This document shows, one piece after another, positions 1-10,347 of a stretch of DNA of 64,000 nucleotides. The notes under the pieces were generated by a model. That model was given only the letters and a program-made list of their open reading frames with translations. It was not told where the DNA came from and did no database searches. Source of the DNA: Blastocladiella emersonii ATCC 22665 (taxonomy: Eukaryota; Fungi; Blastocladiomycota); NCBI GenBank assembly GCA_025594325.1, contig JANHCV010000003.1, positions 682,001 through 746,000 on the forward strand, in the 5' to 3' direction. Position 1 is the stretch's first letter. The number at the start of each line of letters is the position of its first letter. A program made the position numbers and the translations under genes.

Positions 1-2
1 CC

Positions 3-401
3 GGAGTCACGGCGCCCGCTATGCCGTGCGGCGGCCTCACCGCGCAGCAGCAGCAGCAGCCCGACGGCACCGCCCACCCGTCCGGCGGCGGCGGCGGGAG
101 CATGGGCCGGCTGTCGATGCTCGTCCACGGCGGGTCGCCCAACTCCGGATCCGCTGCGCTCGCGGGGTCGGGCTCCGTCGCGCCAGCGCCAGGACCACAG
201 CCGCCGCAGTCACAGGCCGCGGCCGCCAGCGCAAACAGCGGCGCCGCCGGCGGGGGCAAGGCCAAGGGCCGCGGGTTCTTCGCGGCGATCCGCAAGCGCC
301 ACGCGACCGGCGGCGCTGCGGTACCCGGCGAGATGGACGATGCGGGCGGCGAGTACGTGGACGCGGCGGACGAGGCGGCAAGGAGGCGGGCTGGAGAGTG
401 A
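3..401 (+). CDS. 3' end of an unidentified gene, low-complexity Gly/Ala/Gln-rich C-terminus, truncated by the window edge
   Basis: Frame is open from base 3 (GGA GTC ACG ...) to TGA at 399-401, followed by a compositional shift to intergenic sequence. No recognisable domain. Confidence 0.45.
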   Translation, partial: GVTAPAMPCGGLTAQQQQQPDGTAHPSGGGGGSMGRLSMLVHGGSPNSGSAALAGSGSVAPAPGPQPPQSQAAAASANSGAAGGGKAKGRGFFAAIRKRHATGGAAVPGEMDDAGGEYVDAADEAARRRAGE

Positions 402-655
402 TCCCGCGGGCCTGCCGCCGAAGAGCAACCTTTCTCCCCTCTCTCTCAAGTATGAACCGAACAACCAATCTGAATAGCACCTCTTTCTCTACTTCTCCTA
501 AGCTTTGCTGCGACGCGTTGCTCACATCGGGACGGCGGTGGGTGGCGCAAAGGTGGCGCAGCCGCCTCGCCTGGTCGACGAGCTCTTCCGGGATTGCGCT
601 GCTCTCTTCCGGCCTCGCTCCTTGTGCAATGAATCATACTGGAACTTGATGCAAC

Positions 656-2467
656 ATGGCTGCATCACGGCCTTCGTCTACCGTACCGCGCGACCCACGG
701 CTCGGGGACGGTCCTGCGAGTGTTGCCCCGTCGCCACACAGCGATCGCCGGATGGTGGACAGCACGCAGTTCCCGACGCGCACGCTGCTCTTCCGCGTGT
801 CTCCGTTCGAGAAGACACAGACAATGGTGACCGTGCTGAACCGGAAGTTCGCCGTGCGTCAGGTCACCAAGAGCCGAAAGGGCGTGGTCCTCGCCGCCTT
901 TGTACGTCGCGACATCCGTCCGCACGCCCGGGTAACCTCTATTCACGTCTACCGGCCGCCACCGCCCGATGTAGTACGACCTGCGCGAATCGGTCCAGGC
1001 GCGCGACGAGATCAACTGCACAACGTACCACGGGATGTCCGTCTCGGCCGACTTCCTCTACGCCAACGACCCCGTTGACCACCGCGTCCCGTGCCCGCAC
1101 AAGGTGTCGCAGGGCTCGCTCTGCGTCACGCTTGAGCCGCGGGGCGCGGGTGCGGGGCGCGGCGAGCCGGTCGACCTGGCACGCTTGCGCACCTTGGTCG
1201 GGGGGTCTGACGAGGTGCTACACTTTGACGTGGATCAGACAGGGTACGTGTCCCAACTGCACTGCTGAGTAGTGATTCCTGACTGACCTGCGCGCCTCGT
1301 GTGTCTTGTAGCGGCGAGACCCGCGTCTTTGTCGAGTTCTCGTCGAGCAAGGACCGCCTGCTCGCGCGCGACCGGCTCGAGCGCCAGCCGTTTGGGGACT
1401 ACGTGCTTCGCGTCGAGTTCGCGTGGGACAAGGTGGACTTGTACGGGTCTCACTCTTCTTCCCTGGCATATCGTGCAGAACACTGACGCACACGCGGCGC
1501 GGCGGACAGAGAAGTGACAGCGCGTCTGCGCGACGGCACGCTACGGCTAGCCGACGACGTGCTCCCGCCGTGGGTCATGAAGCTCGCCGCATCGCGGCTC
1601 TATCAGGAGAAGCCGCAGCTGCAGGAGCTCAAGACGGCGCGGCAGCTGAGCAAGCCGGCTGCACGCGTCCCGGGCTTCCAGGTCCGCATCGACGGCCCGA
1701 ATCTTTGGCTCTCGCACACCTCGTCGCGCCCGGCCTCGCCGCCGCCGCCCACTCGGACACGGCAGCGAGATCGCTCTCGCTCTCGCTCAACGCATCGCAG
1801 TGATAGCTCTCGACGGCGCCGCTCCCGCAGTCCATCGTCCCGTTCTTCAAGGCGACAGTCGCGCCCGCGTTCTCGCAGCCGAAGCCGGCGTCGCTCATCG
1901 AGTCGGACGCGCAAGCGCTCTCGCAGTCGGAGTCGTCGCCGTTCGTCGAGTCGGACGCGTTCGCGCCGGCGTAGTCGCAGTCGCAGTCAGAGTAAACCAA
2001 GGGCGAGCCGTCGGCGGTCGCGGTCTCGATCACGCTCTCGTTCGCGTACGCGCTTCGGGGCTCGGCGCAGCACGAGCAGGGACTCGGACATCGATGGCAG
2101 TCACGCGAGGCGGACGAGCGCGGCGGGCGACGGCCCCAAGCGCGAGGCAGCGTCACTTCCTCCTCCACGAGCCGCAGCGGAAGGGTCATCGCTGCCAGCG
2201 CCGCTAGCTCGCCCGACTCCGCCTTTGACGACGCTGCACCCGAGCATGGTGCCGGGGTTTGCAGAGAATCACGCGCTTGGGCCGTTCCACGCTGGATCGT
2301 GGGCGCCTGGCGTCGTGCCCTCGTCGAACGGTTACTATGCTCCTGCTGGTTCCTTGCAGGGCCACGTGCCGATGACCGGCGCGTCGCCGATCACGCCTGA
2401 ATCGTCGGGACTGAGTATGTTGAAGGCACAGCTCGAGCTGCTACGGCGTTTCGGGCGAGAGAAATAG
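656..2467 (+). CDS. Mei2-like tandem-RRM + RS-domain protein, array copy 1 (intact, ~533 aa)
   Basis: Exons 656-901, 975-1243, 1312-1440 and 1510-2467 with GT-AG introns give an open frame. Motifs: FPTRTLLFRV, YDLRESVQARDEIN, RVPCPHKVSQGSL, VFVEF, EFAWD, RS dipeptide tract, C-terminal LSMLKAQLELLRRFGR. A family-like ATG at 629 is followed by an in-frame TGA at 647. Confidence 0.8.
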
Positions 2468-3013
2468 AGTCGCTGCTGATTGTTGGCCTCGAAGAATCTC
2501 GTCATCCCGAAATTCGTCAGTGCGACGCGACGATCAGCAGAAGCGGGTGGCGCAGTCGAGCCCCGTGTTCCAGCGAGGGTCAACATTGAGACGTGCTCGC
2601 CCCGTTGTTTAGCTTCCCCACGCAATCGCGACGGTAAATCTCTCATGAATGCCAGTCGGACTCAACAATTCTGATCCTTCTTTGATCACACAACCGCGCT
2701 GCTCGCCCCTAGCCAGCTGTGGTCGAGATCGGAGCCGCTGCGTTAGGTTGCGCTATCGCAGTCAGAGCTACAGCCGACGATGGAATGCATTCGACAGTGA
2801 TCTCAGTGTGCTACACGAGCCTTGGTATACCTCATATTCCTCCCATGACGCGCTGGCGTCAAGTTCGAGGCGAGGTGGACGCGTCGCGCCACACTGACGC
2901 CACGGCGCGTGATGTGTCGCGGCCGGCTTGCTTCGCCGTCACCGCGGCGAATCGCTTTCTCTCTCTCGGCTGATTAACGGGCTTCACTATGTTGCTCGCC
3001 CCCACTTGATGCA

Positions 3014-4809
3014 ATGAATTCACAGATTATTCTATGCAACCCGGGTTCACTTGGTTTGCGCCCGTCGCCCTTTGACCGCGATCGGGGTCCGAGTCAGGTC
3101 GACGCAGCGCAATTCCCGACGCGGGCGCTTATTGTCAGCGTATCCCCGGCCTCGGAGACCTTTGCAGTGATTGGAGTGCTCAAGCAACGCACCGACGCGC
3201 GGCACGTCACGAGGAGCAAGCCTGGCCTGGTCCTCGTCTACTTCGTACGCCGCCTTCTCCAACCGCTCTACATCGCCGCGGCTAGTATCGATTATCCCTC
3301 TGGTCGTGGGTCGTAGTACGACCTCCACCTCACCATCCGGGCGCGTGAGGAGATCAACCGCGCGACGTACCCTGGAACGACCTACGTTTCGGCCGAGTAC
3401 CTCTACGCCAACGTCCCCGTCGACGCACGCGTGCCGTGCCCGCACAAACTTAGTCATGGCTCCGTCTGCATCACGCTCGAGCCGCGCGATGCGGGGTCGA
3501 ATTGCGGCACGTCGGCCGACGTGGCGGACCTGCGCTCTATGCTAGACCGCCTCGGTCCGGTGTTGGATCTTGAGGTGGAGCAAATCGGGTATGTGCGCGG
3601 CTGCTCCGCTGTCCTGTTCAAGTCCGCAATCCTGAACGAACATACTCCTGGCATGTAGCGGCAAGACTCGCGTCCTCGCCGAATTCGTCTCGAGCAGGGA
3701 CCGCCTGCGCGCGCGCGACGAGCTCCACGGCTTCCACTTCGGCGCTTACGTGCTCCGTGTCGAGTTTGCCTGGGACAAGGTGGACGTGTATGGATCACCT
3801 GGGCTGTTCGCGCTCTCTTGTGCGATACTCACGCGTATGCACGCCGTCTAGGGAGGTGACACAACGCTTGCGCAACGGGACGCTTCGCTTGCCCGTCGAT
3901 GTGGTACCGCCGTGGACCTTGGATCTTGTCGCAGTAGAGCGGGAACAGGAGCAAGTGTTGGCGCTGCCGGGCAAGCTCTCTGACCGCATCCCCGACTTCC
4001 AGGCGCCGAGTTGCTTGCTCTCGCACGCTCTGCCTCCACTTCCGCCGCCAACACCAACACCGCTCCTGTCATCACCCCCTCCGATCCATGTGCACGGCCG
4101 CGACCGCTATCGCTCTCGCTCTCGTTTGTGCTCTCGGCCCGACTCTACGGATCGCAGCGCCGCCTCTCGACGCCGCACTCACAGTCCAGCTCGCTCTTCA
4201 CGGCGGCAGCGGATCCGTTCGCGTTCTCGCAGCCGAGATCATCACCGCCCTTCAAGCCGGACGCGAACGCGCCGGCGCAGTCGCACCCGCTCGTCGAGTC
4301 GTGCGCGTTCACGCCGGCGTAGTCGCAGTCGGAGCAGGTCGCGGACGAGCCGTCGACGTTCGCGGTCCCGCACACGCTCACGTTCACGCACGCGCTTCGA
4401 GGCTTGGCGCAGCAAGAGCAGGGAGCCGAGCCGCGATGGCACTCGCGCGAGGCGGATCAGCATGGCCGGAAACGGTCCCAAGCGCGAGGCAGCGACTCAG
4501 CCTCCTCATCGAGCTGCAGAGGACGCACCAGCGCCGCAAGCAGCACCAGCTCATCCGGTCCCACCTTTGACTTCACTGCACCCAAGCATGGTGACGGGCT
4601 TCACAGGGAATCACGCGCTTGGGCCGTTCCACGCTGGATCGTGGGTGCCTGGTGTCGCGGCTTCGCCGTCTGGTTACTTTGATCCCGCTGGTTCCTTACA
4701 GGGCCACGTGCCGATGACCGGCGCGTCGCCGATCACGCCTGAATCGTCGGGACTGAGTATGTTGAAGGCACAGCTTGAGATGCTACGGCGTCTTGGGCGA
4801 GAGAAATAG
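3014..4809 (+). CDS. Mei2-like tandem-RRM + RS-domain protein, copy 2 (intact, ~529 aa)
   Basis: Exons 3014-3244, 3317-3588, 3659-3787 and 3852-4809 splice in frame. Same intron positions and motifs as copy 1 (FPTRAL, YDLHLTIRAREEIN, RVPCPHKLSHGS, EFAWDKVD, RS tract, LSMLKAQLEMLRRLGR). Confidence 0.8.
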
Positions 4810-5032
4810 AGTCGCTGCTGATATCTGGATTCCGCGTTTCTCGCTGTGCCGCGACCCGTCAGTGAGACGCGGCGATCAGCAGATACGGGTGGCGCAGTCA
4901 TGCGAGTGCCGCGTTTCCGTTTCGGCAAGCGTCACCACCGATCACCAAACCGCGCGGCGAACAACGCGCGCGTGTGGGCCATCACCACCGCCGAACGCCA
5001 CCCGTCGCTGCCTCTCCGCAACGCTTCGCGCA

Positions 5033-6170
5033 ATGAATCGTAACGTGAGGAATCAACCTACAACTGGATGTAACGGCGAGCGTCGGCCATCGCCTACCGC
5101 CCGTCCTGCTTTGGGTCTCAGTTCGCCAACTAGGCCTGCGGTTTCGCAGCTTCTTGCCTCGGGCGGGAGCGTCGGCGGTGGCGGCAACGATGACCATGCC
5201 GGACAAAGTCCCGCCATGGTCGACGCTGCTCAGTTCCCGACCCACTCGCTTCTTGTTCGGACAGAGCCGGTTTCGGACACTGAGACCCTGTCCCAGTTGG
5301 TCCACGGCCGCGCGAGCCTGCGTCTCGTCACGGCAAACAGGACAGGCGGGATTTACCTGTCTGTACGTGCGCCCGAGATAGTTGCCCTGTAGTCAAGCCG
5401 GCATTGCTGACTATCGTCGACACGCCTGCCAGGGACGTGACAGACCACTTGTTCCACGGTACGCTGCGGATCCCCGTGGGCGTGCTTCCGCGATGGGCCA
5501 TCCGCTTCCAGCCCAGCGTCTGGCCCAGCTTCGCGCCCTCTCAAACGCTGCAGCGGAGCTCGCCGGATGTCGCTCAGGACGACGTATCGAACCGCTTGTC
5601 CCGTCGCTCATCTTCTCCGCGCGATCGCGACGGCGTCTCTCGGTCTCGGTTGCGCAGTCCCCGCCGCTCGTCGAGCACCAGAATGGTCGTGGTCGGAGCC
5701 GTAGCTCGGACCGCAGCGGGTTGCGCCATCGCAGTAGGAGCCGCAGCCGGAACCAGAGCCGGAACCGTGCGAGCCGGCATCGTTCGTCGTCGTCGCGGTC
5801 GCTGTCTCAATCGCGCTCCCGCCAACGCGACTCGACGCTGCAACGCAGCCGTGTTCACAGCCCGAGCCGTGACGACACGCTTGCTTCACGTTCTTGCACT
5901 CCGACTAGTCCGATTCCAGTTCGTCTCGCCGGAAACGATTCTCAACCACTCGAAGAACCTCCGGTCCAGTCTCCACCGCCGCCCGGCGCCGCACTCCCGC
6001 TTCTCACACCCGATCCCTCACCCGAAGCGCTTGCTTTCCGACCCCCGCTCAACGCGTGGTCCTCGATCACGCAAACCGTAACATCGCCGCCGGCTTCCGT
6101 GGCCGCGCCGTCTGGGCTGGCAGTGTTGCGAGCTCAGCTCGAGCTTCTCAAGCGGCTTGGGCGCGGGTGA
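5033..6170 (+). CDS. RRM-RS family copy 3, exons 2-3 deleted (pseudogene or shortened ~355-aa variant)
   Basis: Exon 1 (5033-5362, MVDAAQFPTHSLLVR) is followed by a single 70-nt intron (5363-5432) and then an exon-4 homologue (DVTDHLFHGTLRIPVGVLPRW in the ancestral frame), an RS tract and LAVLRAQLELLKRLGRG. Confidence 0.6.
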
Positions 6171-6438
6171 TGGAACATATCCGTCTACGAACCCATGCGT
6201 CGTAGCTCTGCTGTATAGATATACCCTCTTGCTCTCTATCCACTGTTCCCGCGCGTACCGAGGACAGGTTGCGTCCTGGGTTGCGCCCAGATCTCGAAGC
6301 GGCGTGGTCAAAGGACGCGTTGCGCCACTGACGTCACCCGTTCGCGCTGCTGGTCACAAACGCGTGCACCGCGCCGATCCCCAAACTCCGAACGGCGCCC
6401 CGACGCGCTGCGGCTCCCTCAGGCGGCAACCACACGAA

Positions 6439-7942
6439 ATGCATCAACTTACCACTCCATGCAACTCTCACGGCGACTCGCCCTTGGAACCGCTACGGGC
6501 TCGGGATCCGCGACTCACGATGCGCAGCCGACCCCTGAGTCCTTCGCCCTCGGCGCCACCATTGCCGCCCAGTCACGGCTCCGCACACGGCCAGTCGAAC
6601 TCGTCTGTCGTGGTTGATACGGCGCAATTTCCGACGCGCACGTTATTTATCCGCGTGGTGCCGCCGTCCGAAGCCGACGTCGTGGCCGAGATCCTTCGCC
6701 TCAACGGCATGCGCGACTTCTTGCGGTCCAGGAGTGGCGCGCAGCACGCCTACTTCGTGCGTACACCTCCCTTCAGACCGGTGATACGGGACTGATCGAA
6801 CTAATCCCTCCTGCAGTTCGACCTGCACGCCGCAGTCAAGGCACGCGAAGAGCTGAACCGAGCGACGTTTTCCGGCGTCTCCGTCTTGGCCGACTTCCTC
6901 TACGCCAATGTCCCTGTCGATCAGCGCGTCCCTTGCCCGCACAAAGTTTCGCAGGGCTCGATCTGCGTCACGCTCCATCCAGTGGACGGCGGCGTGGGCG
7001 ATGGCGCCGTCCCGGACCTCGCGGGGTTGTGCGCCATGATGGCGCGGTTCGGCGAGGTCCTCGACATTGACGTGGAACAGGGCCGGTACGTCGTCTCTTC
7101 GTTCACCCTCTCCCACGTGGCACTGAATCGCCGACGCACGACCTCGAAGTGGCCCGACACGGATCTTTGCCGAGTACTCGAGCAGCCGGACGCGGCTCAC
7201 GGCGCACGACAAGCTGAAAGGGCTTCGTTTCGGCGCGTTCCGCTTGGACACTGAGTTTGCCTGGGACAAGGTCGACGTGTACGTTTTGCCTGCATGCGAT
7301 CGGCGTCAAGCGCACGCTGACGCGGATGGCACGCGCTGTAGGGACGTGACGACGCATATGCGGAACGGGACGCTTCGAATCGCCAATGACGTCCTGCCGC
7401 CGTGGGTTCACAATCTCTTGCGGCGGCGGTCGTGGCGGCCGGGCAAGGCGTCGTCGAGCCGCGGTCGCACATGGTCTCAAGATAGCTCTCACCGCCGGCT
7501 CTCAAATTCTCGGTCGCGGTCGCGCTCCCGCCTACGTTCCCGCGAACGCGGCTCGCGGCGCAGCCGTAGCCGGAGCCGCGACTGCACCTTCGCTTGGCGG
7601 CGTTCCACCACGGACAGCCGTAGCCCAAATTTCGTCTCTGACAGTCCCGCCCGCCACCACGCGCACCCTCGAGATGCCTCGTCCTCGACACTCGCAAGGC
7701 TTCCCGTACCTGCTCTGCGCGACCACGCTCCAGCCATGCTCCCAACACCCGAGCTCACCCCCAAATCGTTTCCGCTCCCACTCGGTTTCCCGGCACCCGC
7801 TTCCGGCGATCCGCGCTTGAAGTTTATGCACAATCACCCGCTCTCGGAGATGCCGCGGCCAAGCGCGGCGCCCGTTCCGTTGGGGCTGGTTCAGCTCCGC
7901 GCGCAACTTGAGCTGCTCAAGCGGCTTGGGCGCAGTAGCTGA
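6439..7942 (+). CDS. Mei2-like tandem-RRM + RS-domain protein, copy 4 (intact, ~438 aa)
   Basis: Exons 6439-6756, 6817-7085, 7150-7278 (AAG acceptor) and 7342-7942 splice in frame. Motifs: FPTRTLFIRV, FDLHAAVKAREELN, RVPCPHKVSQGSI, EFAWDKVD, LVQLRAQLELLKRLGR. Confidence 0.78.
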
Positions 7943-8154
7943 TTATGGTATATCACAAATACCGACACGCATTTTTTTTTCTCAACGCACACCGCCTGAA
8001 ACGAAAACTGCGTTCGAACACCAGCGGGGAGTGCGGCGCGGAGAGTCGCGTTGCGCCACAGTGTCGCCACACACGTGGGCGGGGCCGCCAGCTCGTCGCC
8101 CCTCTCTTTCGCGAGCGCGCCGGCCTGGCGCTCCAACAAAAGCAATGTAAACCC

Positions 8155-8760
8155 ATGGATCAGAAAACAACTTGAGGCAATCACGATGCACTGCCGTCGC
8201 CGACGGCTCGGCCATCGCCGACGGCTCGGCCATCGCCGAAACTGGGCCTGCCGAATCGGCCCGTGACGGCGCCTGCCGCGAAGCGCGATGGTCGCGGCGG
8301 ACACGTCGACCGACCCCTCCTTATGGTCGATCCTGCGCATTTCCCGACCCGTACGCTGGCCATCCGTACCATGCCAAAGTCCGGAGTCGAGACCGTGATG
8401 CACACGGTCCAGAACCGTGCTGGCCTGCACAAGACCGTGTTACAGTCGTATGGCGCGATCCACGCATGCTTTGTAAGTTCCCCGAGCTGTAACGCGATCT
8501 CGGTGCAGTGAAACTGACGCGCTCATCCCTGACGCAGTACAACCTGCGCAGCGCCACCGAGCTGTTTGATGAGATCAACCACACGACGTTTGTTGGCTTG
8601 AAGGTATCGGCTTACTACATGTACCTGATGGAACCTGTTCAAACACGCTTTCCCTGCCCGTTTACTGTGAGCCAAAGTTCTCTGCGCATCGTGCTCGAGC
8701 CGATGAATCTCTGCGACGGCGTGTCCGTCGACCTGACGGGCCTGAGCTCGACATTGACGC
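8155..8760 (+). pseudogene. RRM-RS family copy 5, premature TGA at codon 7 and truncated within exon 2
   Basis: Reads MDQKTT*GN...MVDPAHFPTRTLAIR...HACF, then an intron, then YNLRSATELFDEIN...RFPCPFTVSQSSL. Homology stops at ~8760; no exon 3 or 4 and no RS tract. An 18-bp tandem duplication lies at ~8199-8237. Confidence 0.7.
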
Positions 8761-9232
8761 ATGTGCTACAAGTCCATGCAGACCTGGATCACTGTTCTGG
8801 GCGTGCTTGTGGTGGCGATCGTGCTCAGCGATTTTGCCATCGGGGTGTCGTACGTCGTCGTGTTCATCGTTCAAGGCTGATCGATCTGCGAGCTGGCCGC
8901 AGTGGACCAGGCCCTCGGGAGTGCGTACTTTCGCGGCGCTGTCACTAGTCAACTTTGCGTAGGCAGTCTCGTTTGTCGTTCATCTCCAGCGGCTCACTGG
9001 CGGGAAGGGCGGCATGACGATGCGCCCTGGCTTCCGCGAGCTTCTGATCCATTTGCAAGTCATGCGCTTCCTCGAGGGCGCCTTCACGCTGGTCGCGTCC
9101 TTCATCGCCATCTTCGCGTTCTCGCTCGACCCGCAGTGGATTCTGCTCCGGGCATCGCACGCCTTCCGCCTTCGCGTCCTTTGCACGTACGTCATTCTCG
9201 GTTGCAGTCGTGAGCTCCTCGCCGTGCGCTAA
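8761..9232 (+). pseudogene. Fragment of an unrelated multi-pass membrane protein gene
   Basis: Hydrophobic segments WITVLGVLVVAIVLSDFAIGVS and FLEGAFTLVASFIAIFAFSLDPQWILL, separated by intron-like GTACGT/CAG signals. No start or 5' half visible. Confidence 0.3.
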
Positions 9233-9655
9233 CCTTGCAACTCGACAGATTCCTCACCACCCTTCGCTCGCTGAGATGCGCGGCAAGCTTCCGACAAACA
9301 CCCCGTCAGTGAGCAGTGGTGATCGTCAGTCGACTACGACCAAGCTTCAGGCAACGAACGCACCGTCCACAATTGGGACCGCGCGTGTTGCGTCGGTGGC
9401 CAACGAGCAGTAGGAGATCCTCGCTCAGGACATCCATGTGTTGATGAACCTGTCAGTAATGCCCTTTGTCATATACCTACCGTTTGCGGAGCTTGCTTTG
9501 GAAGCCGGAAACGTGCGTCGTGGCTCACCAGGCGCGAGGCACTGAGGAGACGCGCCGCGAAAACACGTGGGGCCGTTGACCGAGATCGCTCGACGCCACA
9601 ACGACGACCGCGCCGATCACTTCTGTTGTCATGCAACGCAAACCAATGGAACTCC

Positions 9656-10114
9656 ATGAATTTTGAATGCAACTTATCGCAAAGGCCTCAGGCCAACGCC
9701 GCAACCAACCTTCCCCGCGCCTCCGACCCCCGCCGGCCACCTGGTGCACCCAGAAGTGCCGCGGGCCCCGCGCCAGCATCACCACCGCTCGATCTGCGGC
9801 ATGATCGTCATGTCCAAACGGCGTTTGGTCCCACCAAATCCATGTACCGCCAGCGGGGACACGAATTTCACGCAACAAATCCGTTGATGGTGGAAACGCT
9901 GAAAAACGTCTTGTGCCGCGAGAAGCGCCCGCTCAACGTGCCAGTCGATTCCGACTACATTCCCATGCGCGCGCTAGCGGTCGTTTCGCTCCCCTCAATT
10001 GATCGCTTTGGCGAGGCGGCCATCAAGCGGGCTATCTGGGCTTTGGCTGGTGATTGCTCGATCAACTTCATCGCCGAGCGCGCTACGGGCGACTCGTCGG
10101 CAATGCTCTTCTTC
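9656..10114 (+). pseudogene. RRM-RS family copy 6, exon 1 only (gene disrupted by transposons)
   Basis: MNFECN...VETLKNVLCREKRPLNVPVDSDYIPMRAL...SAMLFF then a GT donor at 10115 aligns with exon 1 of copy 8 (VEYVKNILRRKREPVSVAVDTDAIPVRAL...TALLFF). The Harbinger element starts 17 nt into the intron. Confidence 0.7.
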
Positions 10115-10131
10115 GTGTGTACTATTTATTA

Positions 10132-10146
10132 GGGCCCGTTTGGTTC
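10132..10146 (+). repeat. Left terminal inverted repeat of the Harbinger element
   Basis: GGGCCCGTTTGGTTC, preceded by TTA. Confidence 0.95.
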
Positions 10147-10347
10147 AGATCAGGTGGATCAGCTGAAAAAGTTGCCACGTTTCACCTCACCCCCGTTCAT
10201 CTCAGCGGCCGTGCGAACCAAACGCCCCGCTGGATGAACGCCCCCCCCCCCCCCGCAATAAAATCTTTCCCACCTCTTTGCAGCCGCGCTTATTGCAACG
10301 AATCAACACCTAACCTCACGCATCGTGTTCTCGAGCCCTCAAACAAC

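Noticed and set aside
647-652. TGA-TGC as a selenocysteine (U-C) motif
   Set aside because: Other paralogues have Leu, Pro or Gly rather than Cys at that position, no SECIS was recognised, and the region is a disordered N-terminus.
656-2467. Calling the array genes canonical SR proteins (SRSF1/Npl3 type)
   Set aside because: RRM2 lacks the SWQDLKD signature and RRM1 lacks canonical RNP1/RNP2; the motifs fit Mei2-type RRMs better.
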